Below are positions 1 to 11,201 of a stretch of DNA of 64,000 bases, piece by piece. The translations under genes were made by a program, and so were the position numbers. The DNA is from Camelus ferus (taxonomy: Eukaryota). Every line of letters starts with the position of its first letter. Position 1 is the first letter of the stretch. The stretch is from positions 66,094,001-66,158,000 of the forward strand of contig NC_045697.1 in assembly GCF_009834535.1 (NCBI RefSeq), in the 5' to 3' direction. The notes below the pieces were generated by a model that saw only the letters and a program-made list of their open reading frames with translations, was not told the DNA's origin and searched no databases.

Positions 1-107
1 GGTAAGTAATATTTCAGGATCACCAGTATTAGAGGTAGGGATATGTATGGGCTAATCAGTTTCTAGGCCTTTCCAGTGGACACAGATAGGAAGCACATAC
101 ACACTAC

Positions 108-122
108 ATGTATGTATGTATG

Positions 123-168
<46 letters not shown>
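108..168. repeat. Compound microsatellite (TATG)n-(TA)n
   Basis: Direct reading: a TATG run followed by about 20 TA units. Confidence 0.95.
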
Positions 169-171
<3 letters not shown>

Positions 172-550
172 TGTATATCAAACCTTGTAAGTTCCTACAG
201 GGGAGAAAGTAGTTTTCAAATTTTTCTCCCATATCAATAATTGTTTATAGTCACTTTTTAAAAAATTGTTAGGTTTACTGAGTTATAATTTATAAACAAT
301 AAGATTAATCCCTTTTAAGTCTATAGTTGAGTAAAATTTGACAAATATATTTAGTTACCACCATAATCAGTACACTCTGGGAAAGAGCAGGTTGAAACAA
401 GCAGAGGATCAAGGATTGATCTTTGGAGAATGATAATATTTAGGGTCAGAAGGAAGAAAAATCAGAGGACTGATTTTCACTCCCAACTCCTGCTATCATT
501 CTAGAAGATTTCAGGGTCCAAGCAGGAGAAAACTTCCATTCTCTTGCCCC

Positions 551-790
551 TATTATGGCAAGCATTATGTTTCCCCCAAAATTCATATGTTGAAATTCTA
601 ACTCCCAGTATCTCAGAATGTGACTCTGTGCTTGGAGATAGAGCCTTTAGACTGGTAATTAAGTTAAAGTACGGTCATTAAGTAAGCCCTTATCCAATAG
701 GATGTATCCTTCTTTAAAAAAAGAAAGAAAGAAAATTTGGACACAAGACAAGTACAAATGGAAGACTATGTCAAGTTGCAGGAAGAAGAC
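551..790 (+). mobile_element. MLT1-type (ERVL-MaLR) LTR fragment
   Basis: Contains tcccccaaaattcatatgttgaaattctaactcccagt...gaatgtgact...ggagatagagccttta...ggtaattaagttaaa, typical of MLT1A/B LTRs (recalled consensus). Boundaries approximate. Confidence 0.75.
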
Positions 791-1079
791 AGCCATCTAT
801 AAGACAAGGCTTGGCTCTTTTCCAGCTATATCCAATCCCAAAGGGCAAGGAATCTGTGAAGGAGACACATTCACTCAGAACCTGTGCCTTGATGTTTAGA
901 AAAAGGTTTTGAGTACCTGGTCCCTAAAATTCTCTCCTCATACTGCTCCAAGATGGCTAACAGTGACTTTTCCCCAGGTCTTTTCTATTGAGGGCCAACA
1001 ATGCTTCTAGCATCTGTATCTTTAGACGCAATATGAAGCAAAAAGGCCCCTAGGTCAAACAGGTGATGAAGCAGTGGGG

Positions 1080-1272
1080 TGGGAGTAGATTTGCCAAATA
1101 TAATACAGGACACCTTGTTAAATTTGAATTTCAGACAAACAACACATAATTGTTTAGTATGAATAATTCCAAATATTGCATGGGACATAATTATACTAAA
1201 AAGTGTTCATTGTTTATCTAAAATTCATATTTAAGAGAGCATACTTCTTTTTTAAAACTATGCCAATCCTAG
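1080..1272. mobile_element. MER53 palindromic non-autonomous DNA element
   Basis: Arms ttaaatttgaatttcagacaaacaa and ttgtttatctaaaattcatatttaa are near reverse complements around the centre ccaaatattgcatgggacata; matches recalled MER53 consensus. Confidence 0.8.
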
Positions 1273-2419
1273 GTAGGGTCAGACTTGGTCATTTGAGCTG
1301 GATATCCATTTGCATGATCACAAAGTGCCTAATGGTATCAAACTAAGGGGGAGGAAATGACATAGGGGAGGCAGGATACATGTGCCAACCAATGTTCTTT
1401 GAATCACCCACATTCTGTCTGACATATAGGAATTCTAAACTCAATCTGGCTTTCCAGGTCACTTTCAAAATAGGATGATAGAATATATTTTATTTTTACA
1501 TTCTGTTAGTTGTATTTATAATGCTTAGATCTTGAAGCAAATATTTCTCATAACCAAAAATAATTAACTGTTTATAAGTTGATGCATCCTTTGATCACAT
1601 CATTTAACATGCATGCATAAATCTAGGGCATTCCATAGGATAACAAAAATAGGTACAATGGAAATCCCAATTGTGTAGCCTTTGATCCTGAATTTTATGG
1701 GCCCAGATACTTAATTTTATAGATGTGCCCACATTTGAAAAAACTGTGAACTCCTGTCATACAATTCAAAACACTGATTTATAAAACAGAATGCCAATTT
1801 AAGTTTACCATGACCAAAATGTATTTGGCAGAATAACGATTAATAGTAATTCTTCTCTAAGAGAAATGCCAACCAGATGATCAAATTACAACTCAGAAAA
1901 TTGCCTGTTTAGTCGTTAGACAAAGAGAGTAAGTATTCATAGGGTGACAGTTTTATCAAGATATGTGAATTGTCATTCTACTCTAGGTGCAACCCAGCCA
2001 ACAGTGGGAAAGCAGTTCAGATGCTTTGAAATTCAACATCCCGGGGTTTTTTCCTTCCTTACCAGTTAACTACTTAACATCTGCAGGCCTCGGTTTCCTT
2101 CTTTTGTAAAAACAGGGTTGACAAGACACATAAAACATTCAGAACGATATTGTTACACTGTCTACACATTATGTAAATATTACAGATTATAATATAGAAA
2201 ATATTATATTAAATATTCTTATTATGCTACTTATCGTCATTGTGCTATTTACCATTGTTCTATTTAACAACTTTGTGCCTAACCTGGAGAAACAGGCCAC
2301 AAGCGCGCTTCCAAGGCAAAGAGGCGGGTACGGGTTACCATGACAACAGCGCGCGCCTAGACTTTTTCCACTCGCACGTCGCTGGGGAAGCGAAAAGCCT
2401 AGGCTGCGTGTTGCGTCAT

Positions 2420-2543
2420 CACTACGCGCTCATCGGGCTTCTCCGTGCTGTTTTAGAAGGTCCCGGCCCGGCTACCGTCGCTCCACGCCAGGAATTTTTT
2501 TTTTTTCCCAACCTTTGTTACATCGCACCGAGGCTGCAAGACT
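2420..2543 (+). other. SMARCAD1: Candidate non-coding first exon 1a (start approximate)
   Basis: Donor ACT|GTAAGT at 2543/2544 inside the CpG island; downstream acceptor at 3153. The TSS cannot be fixed from sequence. Confidence 0.6.
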
Positions 2544-2679
2544 GTAAGTACTGAGAGAAGAATAACAGAAAGCGAGCGAGCATTAAAAGAGATGCCGCCA
2601 CACGCTCTTCCTTCTGAACCTTCCCCGTGTTTTCTTGATCCTATCAGCTTCCTCTCAGCTGGGATCGCGCCGCGTCAAC

Positions 2680-2877
2680 TTCCGGGCGGGTGCCCGCCAG
2701 CACAGCCTCCGCCGCTCCCCTCCTTTGGCCCCTTTGTGTCCCTGCAGTGTCGAGGCACGGGCCCTGGCACGTCCTTTCCCGAGGCAGGGAGCATCGTAGT
2801 GCAGGGAGCCTCTCACTGTGGGCGGGCGCGCGGCCCGCCGGGGGGTTAGCGTGGGGAACGTGCCTGCGCGTGCTGGG
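2680..2877 (+). other. SMARCAD1: Candidate non-coding first exon 1b (start approximate)
   Basis: Donor GGG|GTAAGA at 2877/2878, downstream of ETS and GC-box motifs; no ATG within the segment. Confidence 0.65.
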
Positions 2878-3153
2878 GTAAGAGGAGGTTGCACGAGGGT
2901 CAGCGTGTGGTTCGAGGAAGGAGGGGCAGGGAGGGGGTACGAAGGGGAGTAAAAAGAGCAATGGAAAATTTTGAAAAGATAACCCCTGTCCACCTTCTGT
3001 TTGTTGTGGCCTAACAATGAGGCGCAGCCATAATAGCCATCCCGAGCCACTGGCATGTTTGCGGGCTCTTAATTGCCTTGGGAATGAACTGCTGTGGCTT
3101 TGTATTTTACGTTGTTTTCATGGCCTCTTTTTCTCTTTATTTTCTACCTGCAG

Positions 3154-3419
<266 letters not shown>

Positions 3420-3989
3420 TAGCATCAAGAGGGAGAGATTCTAATTTTTGTTCTTGATGCTGTGTGTACTGATGCATTGTCCTTCGCTATGCCCTTTTAA
3501 ATATAGCTTTGGGACTGCGATAGGCACCATGTACCTCGAACTGAGGATCCATCCATAGTTGTTTCACTTTTATATGAGTTCTTAGAATCTGGCCCAATGA
3601 TGGAAACTAAAATCAGAATTTAGGTCAGAATGGTTGCTACTGGAAAATCTAGGTGATTCAGTCCTGTGATAGACTTTGAGTCTGTTGCTGCCAGACGTTT
3701 ACATTCATTCCAGTATTCCTCCAAAAAATATTGATCATCTTCTGTGAGGTAGACTTTATGCAGAGTACCTGAAGTCATCCTCTACGAACAAATGAAGAGC
3801 AGATCACATTCAGATTTTTCCAGTCACCTGACTTCCTGGAGATCTTTAAAGTGCAAATGAATAATCGGTATTCTTCATGGTGAATCAACCATTTTTAACC
3901 TCCTCAGCAAATTGTCAGGGAAAATAGAATTTGCCAGGCCAAAAATCAGCATTCCCATTTTAATCTATGTTTTTTGGACAGTTAACAAT

Positions 3990-4200
3990 TGAATATATTT
4001 GAACTATTACTGTGTTTTAGGCATAGTGCTGAGTGCTTCACATTCTCTCACTTAATTTACATAGCAGTCCTTCCAAGATATTATTATCTACATTTTGCAG
4101 AAATGAGACCCATGGAGGTTAAGTTGTTAGGAAGTTGGTAGAACCAGAGTTCAAATCCAAACAGTCTAATTCCTGAGCATAAACTAAAAGTTTTACATTA
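3990..4200 (-). mobile_element. MIR SINE fragment
   Basis: MIR core-like text: ttattatctacattttgcagaaatgagaccca...gaggttaag...agagttcaaatccaaacagtct. Confidence 0.6.
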
Positions 4201-5789
4201 TACAATTTCTTATGAAGAGTGAAAGGGATATTAGAAGCTTTATTTTAATGTTTATTTCAGTAATACCATTTTTTAATGCAAAACTCAGTATTTCATAAGC
4301 AGCTTTTAAATTACTGTGACCCTGACTAAATTGGTAATATATATCTTCTCTCTTAATATCTCCATTTTGTTTGCTATTCTTCTACTTAAATGTAACAAGT
4401 GAGGGCAGAGTTCCTGCAAGTTACCTAGAATAACATTTTAAAATACTTGGTAGGCTGGATTAAGTGGTAATTAGTCAAATTTTGAAAGGCTTTGCTTATC
4501 TGAAGACTTCTGAACTCAACCTGATTTCAAACCACTGAAGGATTTAAGCACTGGAGTGACATCCCTGTATGCACTGTTTCAACAGATACTTGATTTGCAT
4601 AATGTGCTGTAGTTAATGTCTAGACATCCGGGTACTTTAAGGTTTTAACAGTAAATATTTTAATCTGTTTCCTACGTAGTTGGGGAGGGCAGGGAAGGTC
4701 AGGGTATAGGCATGGAATTTTGAGTCTTTATAAGCCTCTGCTTCATTTTAGTTAAATGGGATGTTGGACAAGACTTTTAGATTATCTGAGATCCACAATT
4801 TTTTAATCTTTAAAATAAAAGCACTTCATAAACTGGAAATCAATGAAATGTCTTAGTTATTTGTCACTATTAGTAATGTGGAATTCTTAATTGCCTTTTC
4901 TAATCAGAAAGTGTTTCTTCTGCTTTACATTTTTTTTCCTGTCTGGGGAGACTTCACTCCTTTTCTGTTTATTGGGACTTTTCATACATTAATTCCTCTT
5001 AGAAACTGAGATTGCCTTTAGGAATCACATGGTCAGTTTTGAGGACACTTGGGAAATAGGAAAATCAAGTTTGTTCTGGGAGTGGTGAGGATTCATCCTA
5101 CTAGGAGTAGAGAGCTTTGTTTTCAGAAAAGATTATTGTAATTGATACTGTGGATTTTTGAGACTCTTAAAAATTAAGGCTAAGTTTAGACTTTACAATA
5201 TAGGTACTTGGGGTCCATTAAAGGCTAAAAGGGTAAAGTGATGAAAGAAACTTGTTTTGTAAAAACAGTCAGTCTAACAGTCATGAGTACTATACATTGT
5301 TACAGGGTAGGGTTTGATGGGAGAGAAATCATTTAGGAACCACTTATAATCCACACTTAATGATGGCTGTACAAAGAGAGAAGGAGGAGAGATGAGAGAT
5401 TCCGAAATAAGAAAGGGAGAGATTTTACAACTAGATCCTTGCGAATGAGATAAAATGAATGCTAATAATTTTAGCTAAAGTAATTGGGGAATAAAAGATA
5501 GCTTTGTACATCAGAATAGGTATTAAGTACCCACTGTAAGACATTGGGCATGCCTTTAAAAATTCAAATGAGATCAAAGGTCCTGCATGCCTTTTAACTA
5601 GACTAAAAGCAACTTGGCATGGGGGAGAGGGGGTGCTGAATTGAGCACTGGACCTTGGGGAGAGGACAAGACAATGAAGTTGGAATTAAGATTAGACCAG
5701 ATATATTGGGAAATCATCAGTGGGCTATGAATACTGACCTTTTTTTTTTTTAGAGGAAATCTGATCCTTTTTAAAATTTTGTTTTTGTT

Positions 5790-5905
5790 TTTGTTGTGGG
5801 AGGGAGGTAATTAGGTTGATTACTTATTTATTTAATGTAGATATTGGGGATTGAACGCAGGATTCATTCATGCTAGGCATGCACTCTACCACTGAGCTAT
5901 ACCCT
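5790..5905 (-). mobile_element. tRNA-derived SINE (camelid vic-1-like), copy 1
   Basis: Reverse strand reads gggtatagctcagtggtagagtgcatgcctagcatg...ttcaatcccc (A and B boxes), then an AT-rich tail with cctaattacctccc. Confidence 0.85.
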
Positions 5906-6079
5906 GACCTTACTTTCTTTATCATCAACTGGTAACTTATTTTGTTATTATTTGGGATGATGCAATATTTGTTTTATTTATAGTAGTTTTAGGGTCTAAG
6001 TCAGTTTATAGGACAAATTGTATATAGTTAAAGTTACCTATAATCACTCTTTTTCTGCCAATTCTGTTTTTTGCCTAAT

Positions 6080-6505
6080 ACAAGATTTTATTTCCTACCA
6101 CTCTCCTTTAGTTACTGTGCCACAAACACAGTGTTCCTTGAATATGTCAAACATCATTCAGTCTTTTCCTTCTTCTCATTTGCTCTTCCTTATGCCTCTA
6201 AGATGCTTTTCTGTTGATATCTGCATATGACTAGGCTTTGTTTCATTAGAGTTTAGTGAAGTGTTATCTTTTGTAGAAGGCCATTTCTTGACCAGTGTCT
6301 CCGAAGTAGCAACTCCCTCCCTTTTACTCTACTGTATTTTTTTGTATAGTATCTTGTCACCATCTAACATTACATTATATATTTGTGTCTCCCTTATTAG
6401 AATGTAAGATGTGTGAGAGCAGAGACCTTGTTCACCTATCCTTCCCCATTGCTCAAAACAGTGACTGCTGTATAGTAGGTCCTCAGGAAGTATGTGTTGA
6501 AAGAG
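6080..6505 (+). mobile_element. L2 LINE 3' fragment
   Basis: Ends in tagaatgtaagatgtgtgagagcagagaccttgt...atagtaggtcctcaggaagtatgtgttgaa, typical of an L2 3' end. Confidence 0.65.
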
Positions 6506-6879
6506 GAGTATTGGATGATAATTAGGTGATATTAGTACTTTGTACATTTTTTTTTAATGTCCCTCCTCTACTATATGATCTTGAAATGGTTACATAGCTG
6601 TCAGTCATTGTTTAGCCATGGATACTTGAAACTACTTTTGATACAAGGCAGGCTTCCTGAATCCCACCTTTGGATCTGAGGGCATACATGTAACCTGTGG
6701 GCACCTCTCCTGCCTAGGTTTATTCTACTATCTCAATGCCCAGAGTTATCAGTAGTTATTACTTACACTTTATTTGTCTTTTCTTCTTTTACTTTTCTTG
6801 GAGCATAGCAGGTTTAGAGGGAATAAAGCAATGGCAAATGAGTTTGAGAGGAGAGAACCTACTATGTTTTATGCATAAA

Positions 6880-8000
6880 GAATAAAAAATTAAGCTAAGC
6901 CTGATCCTCAAGGAGCACCAAGAGGAAAAGACATATAAATATATATATATAGTTAAAGTAGCACAATGAGATAACTCATAATAAGGGAAGATACTAAACA
7001 GTATAAGACCACAGTCTAATTCACAATGATTCAGTTATCCCTTCTTCCTGCAGAGGATCAGGAAAAGTCATAGAGAGGGTGACTTTGAGTGGACCCTAAA
7101 CAGTGAATCATTGCTTATTCAGTGAATAAGGGATGAAAATATATGTTGCCGTGGAGTGTGGTATGTGTGTGGAATAGGTGAGGTTATCTATGGAAGAGGA
7201 GGTGTAGGGCAGTTTAGATGAAGCTGGAAAGATTTAGAAACAAAAACTGCTGGGTTGTAAGGGCCCTTTCTTTGTATACTATGCCAGGGAGGATGGACTT
7301 TATTTGGTACATGATATGGAGCATTTTAGTATGGGAAAAACATTGATGAAGCTGTTGCAATAATTGAAGCCTAAATGTAGGGAAATGACATTAGGGATGG
7401 CAGAGGAAGCAGTTTAAGGAAGTTTTATATGTTGTGTATTTGATGATCAGTTAAAGGTGGAGGATTTGAAGGTAACTTTCCTTGGATATGAGTGATTGGC
7501 TCTGTCAACGTAATTAGGCAGTAGGATTTGGAGGAAGATACCAAAACACGTTGAATTTGAGTTTTCACTCATATTTCCGTAGCAAGGTCTATTAGAGGGT
7601 TGAGCATTGGATTCTGGAGCTCGAAGAGCTTCTCAGGTCAGAACCTGGAAAATCAACTTTGGAGTCATGCTTGTAGTAAGTTATCAAAAAAATGTCCTAA
7701 GCAAGGTATATAGTAAGAAACATCAACATTTAATGATGAACAAAGGAAGGGAAACCAATGAAAGATATAAAGGATGACTGAAATAGACAGAGAATGATAA
7801 TGCCCAGAAGCTAAAGAAAGAGGAGAGAGTTTCCAGGTTGGTGTGAACAATATCAGATGTTGCAGAGAAGTCAAGTTGGATGGGAACTGATCAGAGACCA
7901 CTTTCCTTGGAAATTAAAGTTCCTGTTGACCTTTAGCAGTTTCAGTAGAAAGCTAAGAAGGTGAAGACTTCTCTTCCAAGAAAGGAAAGAGAGAAGCAGC
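6880..8000 (-). mobile_element. Decayed L2 LINE fragment
   Basis: Purine-rich tract with L2-like motifs (tggactttatt, gaagctgttgcaataatt, tcagatgttgcagagaagtcaag). Boundaries rough. Confidence 0.5.
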
Positions 8001-8870
8001 TTGACGGAGAAGCAATGTCAAGAAAAGATGTTTGAGGAATATTGAAAATTGAGCATATTTGTTGGCCAAGGGGAAGAAACTAGTGGAGAGGAAAAGGATG
8101 GGGTGGGAGGAGCAGGTATTTGAAAAGAGGCATTAAGGGGATGGGATTGTTTAACTTTGAAAAGGAATAAAGGCACATTTTACCCAGGGGAGGAGGAGTG
8201 AAAGATAAAAATAGATGGGTTCAGAGATTATTTTGAAGTTGGAATGGGGGAATGTTTTAGTATATGCTTGATGAATTTCTCTGATAAAATTAGATGGCGT
8301 TTTCTAAAGTCATTTCCATTTCAGTATGTTCGTAATGTCAAAAGTAACTTGTTAATAAGTGAGAACAAAATTTTAATTATACCAGTTATCAAAAAGATTA
8401 CCAGAGAGCACTGCTCTGCCACATACGGATTGTATGATCTTGGTCTTGATTAAGATGTCAGCGTTTTTGGACTTCACGTCCTTTGTCTAGATGTTCCCTG
8501 AAGTCCTTGCAGACAGCAAAATGGGTAAAATCCTTTGAATGATGAAGCCAAATGTATCATTTTAACGTCATGATTCTGTAACTGTCAGGTGATACTCATT
8601 CCTTTTTAAGTGTGGGTGGCCAAAATGTGAATCTTTGCTGTACCTTTGATTAGAAATTCTGGTTCCTTAATGTCTGCTAGTGTTAGTACTTAGTAAAAGG
8701 GTTAGTGCTCAGTTGTCATAATATAAAGTATAGAATTAATTTTGTTACAAAGACTAAAGAAAGGGTGGTACCATTTTCCTCCTTCACTCATTGTTTGTCA
8801 TTTACTAGTCACTTATCCCAAAACCATTTATTGATGGATCCTTTTTCTTATGTTCGAAATGTCATCATTA

Positions 8871-11201
8871 CAGGCATACCTCAGAGATAGCGCGGGTTTG
8901 GTTCAGACCACCGCAATAAAGCAAGTATTGCAGTAAAGCAAGTCGTGGATTTTTTGGTTTCCCACTGTGCGTAAAAGTTATGTTTATACTACACTATAGT
9001 CTGTTAAGTGTGCAATAGCATTATGTCTAAAAACTGTGCATACATTAATTTAAAGAATACTTTATTGCTTAAAAATGCTAACCATCTTCTGAGCCTTCAG
9101 TGAGTTGTAATCTTTTTACTGGTGGAGGGTCTTGCCTTGATGTTGATGGCTGCTTACTGATGGGGTGGTGGTTGTTGAGGGTGGGGGTGATTGTGCCAAT
9201 TTCTTAAAATACAAAAACAGTGAAGTTTGCTACATCAGTTGACTCTTCCTTTCACAAAAAATTTCTCTGTAAATGTGATGCTATTTGATAACATTTTACT
9301 CACAGCAGAACTTCTTTCAGAATTGGAGTTATCCTCTCAAATCCTGTCACTGCTTTATCAACTGAGTTTTATATAGTATGCTAAATCCTGTGTTATTTCG
9401 GCAGGCTTCACACTGTCTTCACCAGGAGTAAATATCATGTCAGGGATCTCCTTTCTTTGCTCATCCATAAGAAACAGCTCCTCATTAGTTAAAGGTTTAT
9501 CATGAGATTGCAACAATTCAGTCACATCTTCAGGCTCTATTCCTAATTCTAGTTGTCTGCTGTTTCCACCACATCTGCAGTTCATTCTTCCACTGAAATC
9601 TGGAACCCCTCATAGTCATCCATGAGGGTTGGAGTCAGCTTTTTCCAAACTCCTCTTAATGTTGATATTTTGACCTCTTATGAATCATGAGTGTTCTTAA
9701 GGGCATCCAGAATGGTGAATCCTTTCAGAAGATTTTCAATAGACTTTGCCCAGATCCATCAGAGGAATCACTATTGATGACAGCTATAGCCTTATGAAAA
9801 GTATATCTTAAGTGGTAGGACTTGAAGGTTGGAAATGTTCCTTGATCCATGGGCTGCAGAATGGATGTTGTGTTAGCAGCCATGAAAACATTAATCTCAT
9901 TGCATATCTGTATCAGAGCTCTTGAGTGACCAGGTGCATTGTCATTGAGAATATCTTGAAAGGAATCTTCCTGAGCAGTAGGTCTCAACAGTGGGTTTAA
10001 AATATTCAGTAAGTGATGTTATAAACAGATGTGCTGTCAATCAGGCTTTGTTCCACTTACAGAGCATAAGCAGAGTAGATTTAGCATAATTCTTAAGGGC
10101 CCTAGGATTTTTAGAATGGTAAATGAGCATTAGTTTCAGCTTAAAGTCACCAGCTGCATTAGCCCCTGACAGGAGAGTCAGCCTGTCCTTTGAGGCCAGG
10201 CATTGACTTCTCCTCTCTCGTTGTGGGAGCCCTAAATGATACCTTCTTCCAATAGAAGGCTGTTTGGTCTACATTCAAAATCTCTTGTTTAGTATAGCCA
10301 CTTTCATTAATGATCTTAGCTGGGTCTTTCAGCTTCTACATCAGCATTTGCTGCTTCAACTTACACTTTTACATTATGAAGATGCCTTCTTTCCTTCAAC
10401 CTCATGAGCCAACTTCTGCTAGTTTCACACTTTTCTTCTATAGCGTCCTCACCTCTCTGAGCCTTCATAGAATTGAGGAGAGTTAGGGCCTTGCTCTGGA
10501 TTAGGCTTTGGCTTAAGGGAATGCTGTGCCTTGTTTGATCTTTTATCCAAACCAGAAAAACTTTCTCCATATTTTCAATAAGGTTGTTTTGTTTCTTATT
10601 CGTGTGTTCACTGGAGTAGAACTTTCAGTTTCCTTCAAGAACTTTTTGTTTGCATTCGTGACTTGGCCAACTGGTGCAAGAGGCCTGGCTTTCAGCCTTG
10701 TTGGCTTTAGGTGTGCCTTCTCACTAGCCTTAATCATTTCCACCTTTTGATTTAAAGTGAGGGATGTACAACTCTTCCTTTCACTTGAATACTTAGGAGC
10801 CATTGAAGGTAATTAATTGGCCTAATTTATTGTTATGTTTTAGGGAGTAGGGAGGCCGGAAGAGAGGAGGAGGGGGAACTAGCTGGCAGTCCGTCAAGTA
10901 GTCAGAACACACATAACATTTATCAATAAAGTTTGCCATCTTACATGGATGCTGTTGGTAGCACCCTAAAACAGTGACAGGAGTAACATCAAAGATCACT
11001 GATCACCGTAAGAAATATCACAATAATGGAAAAGTTTGAAACATTGTAAGCATTACTACCAAAATGTGACACAAACACATGAAGTGAGCAGATGCTGTTG
11101 GAAAAATGGTGTCAGTAGTCTTGCTGAACACGGGGTTGCCACCAACCTTCAGTGTGTAAAAAACACAGTATCTGCAAAGCACAATAAACAAGATATACCT
11201 T
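8871..11201 (-). mobile_element. Near-full-length Tigger1 DNA transposon (Tc1/mariner-pogo) with a decayed transposase
   Basis: TA|CAGGCATACCTC terminal inverted repeat at 8871 and a degenerate partner (agatatacctt|ta) at about 11201. Minus-strand fragments [37 protein letters not shown]...[17 protein letters not shown]...[12 protein letters not shown] and VTELLQSHDK lie in transposase order. Confidence 0.93.

Larger units (their letters stand above)
2290..3065 (+). promoter_or_regulatory. SMARCAD1: CpG island promoter of SMARCAD1
   Basis: The only GC- and CpG-rich stretch in an AT-rich window, directly upstream of the first coding exon. Motifs seen: RFX X-box-like GTTACCATGACAAC (2334-2347), TTGCGTCA CRE/CEBP-like site (2411-2418), ETS ACTTCCGG (2678-2685) overlapping a GC box GGGCGGG (2684-2690). 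Confidence 0.9.

Noticed and set aside
2240..3056. Overlapping ORFs of 63-133 aa on both strands in the promoter
   Set aside because: Expected from stop-codon scarcity in a GC-rich CpG island; Pro/Gly/Arg-rich low-complexity translations with no recognisable domain.
5790..5905. tRNA-Ala-like genes here and at 36706, 50397 and 52915
   Set aside because: They have AT-rich or poly-A tails, some have TSDs, and they are mutually diverged, so they are SINEs rather than tRNA genes.
9358..10803. A functional TIGD1-like transposase gene
   Set aside because: Split across several frames by frameshifts and stops, and enclosed by terminal repeats: a fossil transposon.
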